NCBI GenBank assembly: GCA_020354125.1
Contig: CP070643.1
Location: forward strand, 2,116,474 to 2,144,990
Origin: Betaproteobacteria bacterium
GTDB lineage: Bacteria; Pseudomonadota; Gammaproteobacteria; Burkholderiales; Eutrophovitaceae
Reading direction: 5' to 3'
Length of the DNA stretch: 28,517 bases
Made by a program: the position numbers and the translations under genes. The notes under the pieces were generated by a model. It was not told where the DNA came from, made no database searches, and was given only the letters and a program-made list of their open reading frames with translations. The stretch's first letter is position 1. Each line of letters starts with the position of its first letter. Below are positions 9,740-17,125 of this stretch, in pieces.

Positions 9740-10558
9740 TCAAGCTGTGTCAGTATCAAGCTGACCAGCGAGTTGCGGTTTCGCACCTTGCGGCTTATTG
9801 CCATATGCGGATCGTGGGTCGCGCCGTTCTTGCGCTGAAGATCTGTTTTGCACAATAGAGCTGGCCGCCTGGCGTAGCGAAAGCCACGACAGCGTGTGAA
9901 AGAAAATCGCGTAAGGGACGAGAAACAGCGGGATCATTCCGGTGGGAAACAGCAGCAGGTCGTTCGTTACTTCGGGGAAGAATAGCTGCTGCGGTCCTTT
10001 CGAGGCTGTGAAACCGAAGAAGAATGCGCCCAGAAAATCGGCGACTCCAAGTACCAATACGGTGAGCAGCGCTGCACGTGGAAGCTGAGCCCGGCTACGG
10101 TAAGCGATCAATGCAACCGCGGCAGTAACGCCGACGACGATGTCTCCAATACCGGCAGGGTAGGCAAACATGCCGGGAAGATTGCCGCGAGCCATTTCAA
10201 TCAGGAACAGGCCCTCGATGACGCGCCATACCTGTAGCCCGACGAGCCAGCGCTGCGACAAGGGCTCGGTGAGGAACCAGTTACGTCCGAGAAACAGGAT
10301 CAGGCTTGGAGCAATCCAGCAGATCGGTACGATGAGGTTGCCGAGTGGTCCGACGCAACGGGCAATGTCGCTCAGTCAGAACCATGTCATCACTGCGCCC
10401 CACACCAGGAAGCCGGCGCCAATCAGTGCGCCTTTGCGGGCAGAGGCGCCACTGAAGACGTAGGTGGCCAGCGCGTAGAAGGGGGTGACCAACAAAGCTG
10501 CCGCAATTAGGGTCACCGTCAGGAAGTGCGCGTTCATTACTGAGTAGCTTGGTTCCAT
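9740..10558 (-). pseudogene. integral membrane protein gene interrupted by a single in-frame TGA (10376-10378); reading is continuous on both sides
   Basis: Minus-strand ORFs 10376..10558 (start ATG 10556-10558 after AAGGAGA) and 9740..10261 are in the same frame. They are separated only by TGA in the context ...AVMTWF*LSDIARCVGPLGNLIVPICW... . The hydrophobic character continues across the stop. The downstream 'start' at 10261 is TTG. Confidence 0.5.
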
Positions 10559-10706
10559 CTCCGTATCTCCTTTGCCCGTTTTCTTGCTGGGTGGCGAAAG
10601 TTGGACAATTAGATATATAAAACAGATAGTTAAACGAGAAGCGCTGTTGCTACGCTTGGCAGACTGATAAGTCAGTTGCAATTTGAAACGGACTGTACGA
10701 AATTGC

Positions 10707-10721
10707 GTTGCATGATGCAAC
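10707..10721. promoter_or_regulatory. near-perfect palindrome GTTGCATGATGCAAC in the divergent HxlR/membrane-protein intergenic region (candidate operator)
   Basis: Read directly from the sequence. It lies 17 nt upstream of the ATG at 10738. Confidence 0.25.
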
Positions 10722-10737
10722 CCACTATTATTTACCC

Positions 10738-11265
10738 ATGGAACGCAAGACTTTTGGCGATGCGCCATGCTCAATCGCACGGTCGCTAGATGTGCTCGGT
10801 GACTGGTGGAGCCCCTTGATCATCCGCGAATGCCTGTATGGCGTTCACCGGTTCGACGGCTTCCAGCAGTGGCTGGGCATTGGCCGCAACATACTGACAA
10901 GTCGGCTAAAACTTCTGTTAGATCAGGGGCTTCTGGAAAAGCGTAAGTATCAGGACAAGCCCGAGCGCTACGAGTACCACCTCACCGAGAAGGGGTACGA
11001 CGCGGCGCTGGCTTTAATTGCCCTGATGCCGTTCGGTGACAAGTGGTTCTTCGAGCGGGGCAAGGAGCCGATTCAGCTCTACGATCGGCGTTCCGGCAGG
11101 CGCGTGCGGCCTAAGTTGGTGGACGCCAATACCGGCGTGGCGATCGACGCGCGGGACCTGTACGCGGGTCCCGGGCCGTCATTCCCCGAATCGGAGGAAG
11201 TACGTGCCAGGCGATTTTCCGAGTTCTATGAGGCGAAACTAGGGCGGAGCGATAAGTCATCGTGA
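10738..11265 (+). CDS. HxlR-family winged-helix transcriptional regulator
   Basis: Motif CSIARSLDVLGDWWSPLIIRE..G..RF..F is characteristic of HxlR/DUF24 regulators. The ORF-track start at 10708 is a TTG, so I prefer the ATG at 10738 (MERKTFG). The C-terminal extension is longer than minimal HxlR proteins. Confidence 0.75.
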   Translation: MERKTFGDAPCSIARSLDVLGDWWSPLIIRECLYGVHRFDGFQQWLGIGRNILTSRLKLLLDQGLLEKRKYQDKPERYEYHLTEKGYDAALALIALMPFGDKWFFERGKEPIQLYDRRSGRRVRPKLVDANTGVAIDARDLYAGPGPSFPESEEVRARRFSEFYEAKLGRSDKSS

Positions 11266-11451
11266 GGGCCCTGCATAGTCACACTTTGTTGCTGCGGTAG
11301 CGCATTGGCACAGAGCGCTGTGCCGGAATCGAATCGCCGGCAGATGTGCCGGGCGCGACCGCGTAGCTGTGTGATCGTTACAACAACCGCTCTTTTTGGT
11401 TGCTAAAGAAGAGCTACGCGGTCGGGTCTCAGGCCTGACTTGGTGTGACTG

Positions 11452-12975
11452 TCACACCTGTGGTGCAGGAATCGGCCCTAACGCTTTCTCGAGGGATAAA
11501 CCCAATGAAAGCAAAGCGCGATCATTCCCGTTCAGTGCGTCGAATTCGAGTCCGACTGGCAGCCCGCTCGACGTGATACCGGCCGGGAGAATCAGGCTGG
11601 CCATGTTCGCGCAACTCCCCAGCGCTACGTTGCGAGCCATCGCGATGTAGAGGGGGACTCTTTCGCCGGAGATGGTTGCCTCGGTTTCTTCTCCGATGCG
11701 CGGCGGCGGAATCATGATTGGCGGAAACGCCAATGCGGAAATTCCCTGCCGTTGAAAATACAGACGAATTTCCTCTCTGATCTCTTGCCGCTTGGCAAGC
11801 ATGGATTCGTAGGCTTCCCTGCTTGGGCGATTCGGCGGCAGCGCGAAAGCCTTCATCGTTTCCTGAATCCCATGGCTGCCCTGCGCGAGCATTTGATCAA
11901 ACGTTAGACCCGTGCCTTGTTCTTCCAAAAATCCGGAAATAGCCGGCACGGTCTCGTAGGTGATGATGGTTATTGCCGTTCCCATGGCTGCCTTGGCCGC
12001 TTCGGGAATCTCTGCCCAGACTAATGTCGCGCCGGCCGCTCGCAGCTTGAGGAATGCTTCGTTGGTGATGCGTTCCACTTCGGGATCGAGACCGCTCAGA
12101 AAATACTCGGGCGATATGCCTATGCGCACATCCTTTAACGGTGTTTCCTCCAGAGGCGAGCCGTCCCCGGTGACAACCGAGTCAAACAACGCAAGGTCCT
12201 TCACTGAACGCGCCAGCGGACCGATCTGGTCGAACTTGTTCATCGTCAGCGGCATGACACCGTCACCGGAATAACGGCCGTAGCTTGGCCGCAGTCCTGC
12301 GAGGCCGCACATGGTGGCCGGGACTCTAATCGATCCGAGTGTGTCTTCGGCAATTGCAATTGGTGCCATGCGGGCTGCCACCGTGACGCCGGAGCCCCCG
12401 CTGCTGCCTCCGGGTACCCGGGCCCGGTCGTACGGATTGTGCGCCGGCCCAAATATTCCGTTGTTGCTGGTCCAGCCGTAAGACAACTCGTGAATGTTCG
12501 TCTTGCCCATGAGGATGCCGCCCTGGCTAAAGAGCGGATCGAGCACCTTCGCGTCCTCGCTGGGTCTGAAGTTGCGCAATGCACCGGTGCCGTTGGTTGT
12601 CCGCAACTCGCGGGTATTCACACTGTCTTTCACTGGAATCGGCAAACCATGCAGCGCGCCGGTCGCGCCACCGCCTGCACGTTTACTGTCAGCATTCCTC
12701 GCTGCTTCGAGCACTGCCTCCCGGTCCAGCGTGATAAAGGCGTTCAGGCTTTCCAGACTCTGAGCGCGGTCGACCAGTGCGCCGGCATAGTCTTCTGATT
12801 TGATATCGCCATTGCGCATAGCAGTCACTGCGGCGACTGCTGAGAGTTCGGTGAGCTCGTCTTGTCGGGTTGCAGCGCGTGCAACCGGATGTTGCAGTGC
12901 CAATGAAGTAGTTGCTCCCCCGGCAAGCATCGAGGTGCGGACCAGAAACTCCCGACGCGTGTTGGAGTGTGTCAT
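11452..12975 (-). CDS. amidase (amidase-signature family), Tat-signal-bearing
   Basis: The GGSSGGSG amidase signature sits within ...PGGSSGGSGVTVAARMAPIAIAEDTLGSIRVPA.... The N-terminus MTHSNTRREFLVRTSMLAGGATTSLA has a twin-arginine motif. Confidence 0.85.
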   Translation of the reverse strand: MTHSNTRREFLVRTSMLAGGATTSLALQHPVARAATRQDELTELSAVAAVTAMRNGDIKSEDYAGALVDRAQSLESLNAFITLDREAVLEAARNADSKRAGGGATGALHGLPIPVKDSVNTRELRTTNGTGALRNFRPSEDAKVLDPLFSQGGILMGKTNIHELSYGWTSNNGIFGPAHNPYDRARVPGGSSGGSGVTVAARMAPIAIAEDTLGSIRVPATMCGLAGLRPSYGRYSGDGVMPLTMNKFDQIGPLARSVKDLALFDSVVTGDGSPLEETPLKDVRIGISPEYFLSGLDPEVERITNEAFLKLRAAGATLVWAEIPEAAKAAMGTAITIITYETVPAISGFLEEQGTGLTFDQMLAQGSHGIQETMKAFALPPNRPSREAYESMLAKRQEIREEIRLYFQRQGISALAFPPIMIPPPRIGEETEATISGERVPLYIAMARNVALGSCANMASLILPAGITSSGLPVGLEFDALNGNDRALLSLGLSLEKALGPIPAPQV

Positions 12976-13777
12976 TTCAGATCTCCTCGTATGGAAACGG
13001 GCGTTCAGTTTCGAATGCCGATCCTTCCTGCACTGAACACCCTGATTGTTGTTGATTAAATCGCTACGTAGATGAAGGATGCTTGCGCATTAGATTACGT
13101 AGTCCCCGGTATCTCAAGCCAGCTCACAATGCTTTACTTGTCATTGAGTTGTCATTGAGCGGGAGAAACTGGCTAGTCGCCAAAGCGCTTGGTGATCGCG
13201 CCGTGCTTGAACTTTCACGCGACTCGAACATCCAGACCGCGTGCGTGAGCAAACCACGAATCTGTGGCGTTTTCGCCATTTACGGTTCCCAGACAAAACA
13301 CTAATCAGTCGACGCCATCGTGTGTAATTTCTGCCTCTGTGCAACGTCCGCAAATTGTCAGTATCCGCCGACGTTCGTTGTGGATTCACCTGTCTGCTGC
13401 CTGTTCACCCGATTGCAACATTCTGGCGGTGAGTCGTCCAAGCCGCGCCAGCAGCAGATGGATGGGCCCGAGTGACTGATTTAGTGCGCGATCGCCCGCC
13501 GCCGAGCAGTCTGGCTGAACCACACTCCGGCGTCGGAATCGAGTGTCTTGTCTTGATGGCGGCGAGACGGATGCCAGTTGGATTACATGTCATGCGACAC
13601 ACTGGTCGCCGTTCCGCGAAACTGCGGACTCAAGTTGGAACGGAAGTTGCCGAAGTAAGATCTGCATGACCTTATGGCTGACGTCGGAATGGATAACGCT
13701 GCATGCAACACACGCAGCGTGACCAGTTCCGGGGCAGATTAACGCTGGGTTGAAGGGGTGAGCGAGGGACCATTTTC

Positions 13778-14368
13778 ATGGAACCACGAGGACTGACTAT
13801 GAACACCTCTACTGCACACGCTCTCAAACGCTCAGCTTCAAGCTTCGCCGGGCATCCGGCTCTGGCGATGGCTGCTGGCTTTCTTGCACTGCTTTGCCTG
13901 GCTGTGCAAGTCCAAGCCGGCGATATCGAACACATCGATAGTGGTTCGATCGGTGCTGGTTCATTTGACATGTATGGCGTGTCGGAGTGGTTCAGGGATC
14001 GCTTCTCCGAGGCCGAGCTGAAGAACTATCAGCCAGACGAATTTCAGATCGAGGCGCATGCTTGCGGCTGTTACGACCGCCCCGAGCCACACTACCCGTA
14101 TTTACTGGTGTTCTTCAATACGCCGAAGGGTGATCTGGTCGGAAGGCCTGACCGCCGCGGGGTCGACACCGTCATCACGCGATTGGCAGTCCGCCATGGC
14201 GAGCGCTACTGCGACGTCGACTCGGAAGAACAGTGTTATGGCACCTTCGCCCACCCTTGTGAGTTCAGCGATTTCAAATACGGTCGTCAACTGGCGCCGT
14301 ATTTCCCCACTTGTAAGGTGGATGAACCCGAATCCGAGCTGACGCCGGTTCGTTACAACAGCGACTGA
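13778..14368 (+). CDS. secreted cysteine-rich hypothetical protein (paralog A of 15410..16000)
   Basis: Signal-like hydrophobic segment (AMAAGFLALLCLAVQVQAGD). About 130 aa align to paralog B with most positions identical, including six conserved Cys (CGCY, ERYC, QCYG, PCEFSDF, PTC). Start could also be the ATG at 13799. Confidence 0.6.
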   Translation: MEPRGLTMNTSTAHALKRSASSFAGHPALAMAAGFLALLCLAVQVQAGDIEHIDSGSIGAGSFDMYGVSEWFRDRFSEAELKNYQPDEFQIEAHACGCYDRPEPHYPYLLVFFNTPKGDLVGRPDRRGVDTVITRLAVRHGERYCDVDSEEQCYGTFAHPCEFSDFKYGRQLAPYFPTCKVDEPESELTPVRYNSD

Positions 14369-14559
14369 CTAAGGCGAGCAATTCTCCGCGGACGGATGCG
14401 GATTGAACCGGTGTGAGATCGTAGCGGCCAGAGTTCATCCTGAACCCTGGTCGTGATCGACAGACTGCCCGTGACGCTATTCGCTGACTGGACGGCGCGC
14501 TTTGCGCGCCGTCGTCAATTGTGGAATGTCTTGGGCTGTTGGCAATGTCTATCGAGGAA

Positions 14560-15246
14560 TTATCCTTGCAGTCCCGTGCCGAGCACGAAATCGAATTCGC
14601 CAACCATGAACTGACCATTCTGTTTCAGGTCCATGGCCAGCGAAGGTTTGTGAGCACCCCAGGGGTCGGTCGCAAGGTGTTCATCGCCTTTGAAATACAG
14701 CTGCGTGGTCAACGGCATGTTCAGGAACGGAAACACCTTGATATGAATGTGGCGGGCGCGAGTCAGGCCACCCTATTTCTCGAGGCCAGGCGCATTGGGC
14801 GGAATCGGTTATGCGCCGGGGATGATGGTCTGAACCTCGTATCTGCCCAGCGCATCAGCTTTCATTAAGCCGCGCAGTTTGAACGGGGGCGATGGCTCAA
14901 GGAAATCGCCTGGCTTCTTCTTGTCGTAGAACCCGGCATCATCGCCGTGCCAGATTTCGATCATCGTGCCGGGTAGTGGTGTGCGGCAGTCTTCGCTGAC
15001 TACCCGGCCGCGCAACATCAGCTTCTGACCCGGCTCGTCATCAGCTGCCAGCTTCAACCGGAATATCGGTGCGCTGACGTTGTACATCGGGCCAAGAATG
15101 TCCGGCTCAGTAACTTTGCAATCCTTTGCCGCCGCCAGCACCGGTAATCCGCCGACAACCGCGGCACCAAGTGTTGATACGCTGCGCTGCAGAAACCGCC
15201 TGCGCGGCTGATACGCTTGCATTTTGTATTTGCGATGATCACTCAT
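14560..15246 (-). pseudogene. intradiol ring-cleavage dioxygenase-like gene with Tat signal, interrupted by two in-frame stop codons (TAA 14809-14811, TAG 14773-14775)
   Basis: The N-terminal part matches ORF 14809..15246 (RRRFLQ Tat motif; EIWHGDDAGFYD). Reading through in the same frame gives ...GRYEVQTIIPGA*PIPPNAPGLEK*GGLTRARHIHIKVFPFLNMPLTTQLYFKGDEHLATDP...GTGLQG*, with stop at 14560-14562. RxxHIHxxV and TQLYFxGD are hallmark intradiol dioxygenase motifs. Confidence 0.65.
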
Positions 15247-15409
15247 TTTCTTCTTCCCCGAGTTATCTTCGTCGGCGATTGGGTCGACGTGCTTTGCAAG
15301 TGATTGCTTTTCCGCAGGGGCAAGCTTACCAGCATGGAGCTTTCACAGAACATCATGGGACAATAGCGCGGTATCCCTATTTGGCTCGTTCCGAGCAAGA
15401 GGATGGAGA

Positions 15410-16000
15410 ATGACTGATTTCCAAGTAAGCTCATGCGGATTGTCATGCGGATTGCTGACGTCCAGAGTGGCTGCATGCGTCGCGGCTGTGGGTTTGTTCG
15501 CGTCACTTGCGATTGTTTCCGTGGCAGCGCATGCACAGGCCGAAGAACGCAGAGACTCGCGCCGATACACCTTCAGGTTCGGTACGTTCGATATGACTGG
15601 CGTGTCGTCGTGGTTCAAAAACCGATTCTCCGAAGCGGAGCTCAAGACATATCGGCCTGAGGACTTTGACATCGAGCAGGCGCTGTGCAGTTGTTACGAC
15701 CGGCCGGTGCCGCATTACCCCTATGTATTGATGTTGTTCTCTACACCGAAAGGCGATCTGGTGGGCAGGCCGGAACGGCGTGGTTTTGACACTGTAATCA
15801 TTCCACTGGCAGTACGGTTCGGTGAGCGCTACTGCGAGATTGATGCGGAAGATCAATGCTATGGATCATTCGCCAATCCATGTGATTTCAGCGATTTTCG
15901 ATACGGAGAGGAGTTGGAGCCGTATTTCCCGGGTTGTCTGGAGGTTGAAGCCGATTCCCAACTGGAGCCGGTCCGTTTCAAAATCAATTCAACGAGGTAA
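15410..16000 (+). CDS. secreted cysteine-rich hypothetical protein (paralog B of 13778..14368)
   Basis: Sec signal peptide (..VAAVGLFASLAIVSVAAHAQA). Six conserved Cys and long identical blocks with paralog A (RFSEAELK, PHYPY, TPKGDLVGRP, GERYC, QCYG, FSDF, EPYFP). AGAGGA Shine-Dalgarno upstream. Confidence 0.65.
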   Translation: MTDFQVSSCGLSCGLLTSRVAACVAAVGLFASLAIVSVAAHAQAEERRDSRRYTFRFGTFDMTGVSSWFKNRFSEAELKTYRPEDFDIEQALCSCYDRPVPHYPYVLMLFSTPKGDLVGRPERRGFDTVIIPLAVRFGERYCEIDAEDQCYGSFANPCDFSDFRYGEELEPYFPGCLEVEADSQLEPVRFKINSTR

Positions 16001-16003
16001 ACC

Positions 16004-16537
16004 ATGTTGAAGGATCGCCGCCGTGTTGTTACCGGACATAACGAATCCGGCAAATCCATTGTTGTTATTGACGGGCCGCCGGCACGAATTTTTGGTACCG
16101 ACACGAGAGGTCTGGCGGAGGTATGGAATACGGATGGCGCGCCGATAAACACGCAAGAAAGAACCGACAGCGCGGATATCGATGTTGTCTTATCGCCGGT
16201 TGCGCACGGATCCAAGTTCCGTTTCTTTGCAATTGCGCCGGAAGATTTGTCGTTATCGGATGAAGAACGGGAGGCGCGCGTTGCCGCGCGATTTGCGGCG
16301 ATGGGAGCGGCACATGAGCGGCCAGACACCAGTCGCCATCCGGCGATGCACAAAACCAAGACCGTGGACTACATCATCCTGCTCTCCGGTGAGGCGACAT
16401 TGCTATTGGATGATGATGAACGGGATCTAAAGCCGTTTGACGTCGTCGTGCAACGTGGAACCAATCACGCATGGATCAACAAGGGAACGGAGCCGGCTCT
16501 TTTAGCCGGTGTCCTGGTCGACGCGGACGTGGAATGA
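16004..16537 (+). CDS. cupin-domain protein
   Basis: ATG lies 4 nt after the stop of paralog B and is preceded by GAGG inside that gene's 3' end (translational coupling). N-terminal RRVVTGHNESGKSIVV..DG and C-terminal ..VVVQRGTNHAWIN.. are typical of small cupins. Confidence 0.55.
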   Translation: MLKDRRRVVTGHNESGKSIVVIDGPPARIFGTDTRGLAEVWNTDGAPINTQERTDSADIDVVLSPVAHGSKFRFFAIAPEDLSLSDEEREARVAARFAAMGAAHERPDTSRHPAMHKTKTVDYIILLSGEATLLLDDDERDLKPFDVVVQRGTNHAWINKGTEPALLAGVLVDADVE

Positions 16538-16597
16538 GTTGCAATCGAACAAGTCGATATCTATCGAGTTACCGGGGCATTTGGTCGAGGAGAAACC

Positions 16598-16957
16598 ATG
16601 GCACGCATAGTCCATGCAGTTGTTGCGCTGTTTGTCCTGTTAATGGGCTTGATTCAGTTCAATGACCCTGATCCTGCCTATTGGGTGACCGTCTATGTAC
16701 TTGTAGCAGTTATACCGGCAGCACGGATTTTTGGCCGCCGTCTGCCGAAGACTTCGTTGGTGGCAGCGGGCATGGTGCTGTCCGGACTACTGATCGCCGT
16801 GCCTGGTTTCATTGACTACCTGACATCGGGCGACTACGCGTCTATCGGTGGGAAGATGATGGCAGTCAAGCCTTACGTTGAATTGGCACGGGAGTTCCTC
16901 GGCCTTGTCATCGCAGCCGTTGTACTAAGCGTGTATAACAAGTGGGGGTTGCGCTGA
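16598..16957 (+). CDS. small integral membrane protein (119 aa), hypothetical
   Basis: GAGGAGA Shine-Dalgarno 5 nt upstream of the ATG. Three to four hydrophobic helices by eye. Confidence 0.5.
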   Translation: MARIVHAVVALFVLLMGLIQFNDPDPAYWVTVYVLVAVIPAARIFGRRLPKTSLVAAGMVLSGLLIAVPGFIDYLTSGDYASIGGKMMAVKPYVELAREFLGLVIAAVVLSVYNKWGLR

Positions 16958-17065
16958 CAATTTAACTGACCGCGTTGGTTGTCGGTGACTTCGTCGCTCG
17001 TAAGTCGACCAATTGATCTCGTCCGTGTCACAATCGATTGGTTCATTTTATCGTACCCATCGCAC

Positions 17066-17125
17066 GCATCTATCGTAATCGCATCTATCGTAATCGCATC
17101 TATCGTAATTGCGTCTATCGAAATG
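17066..17125. repeat. 15-nt tandem repeat x4 (GCATCTATCGTAATC, GCATCTATCGTAATC, GCATCTATCGTAATT, GCGTCTATCGAAATG) running into the first in-frame ATG of the esterase ORF
   Basis: Read directly from the sequence. A degenerate half-copy (TATCGTACCCATCGCAC) lies just upstream. The repeat is translated as SIVIASIVIASIVIASIE in the ORF track, whose nominal start is a TTG. Confidence 0.8.

Noticed and set aside
10376-10378. Selenocysteine insertion at the in-frame TGA of the membrane protein
   Set aside because: The position is W-F-[TGA]-L in a transmembrane-like stretch, not a redox motif. Only a weak 4-bp hairpin follows, so there is no convincing SECIS. I left a dedicated SECIS scan as a suggested check.
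11442-11458. Perfect 8-bp inverted repeat GGTGTGAC-T-GTCACACC overlapping the amidase stop codon, considered as a terminator
   Set aside because: No U-run follows it on the minus strand. It may still be a protein-binding site, but evidence is insufficient to call a feature.
11960-12798. ORFs antisense to or frame-shifted within the amidase gene (11960..12274, 12246..12584, 12439..12798, 12494..12763)
   Set aside because: The amidase ORF is continuous and motif-bearing across this span. The overlapping ORFs have no Shine-Dalgarno and a non-protein-like composition.
14274-14868. ORFs 14274..14618 (-) and 14521..14868 (+) in the dioxygenase 3' region
   Set aside because: They overlap the in-frame continuation of the dioxygenase reading frame, which carries the conserved HIH and TQLYF motifs. 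They are in other frames or strand with no motifs.
9740-15246. Stop-codon reassignment (alternative genetic code) as explanation for the in-frame TGA/TAA/TAG
   Set aside because: All three stop codons also terminate numerous well-formed genes in the same window. High GC and GGAGG Shine-Dalgarno usage are unlike known recoded lineages. Three different stops would all need reassigning.
17066-17125. Considered whether the 15-nt and 16-nt tandem arrays (17066-17125 and 24861-24940) are CRISPR arrays
   Set aside because: Units are directly abutting with no unique spacers and are far shorter than CRISPR repeats. No cas genes in the window.
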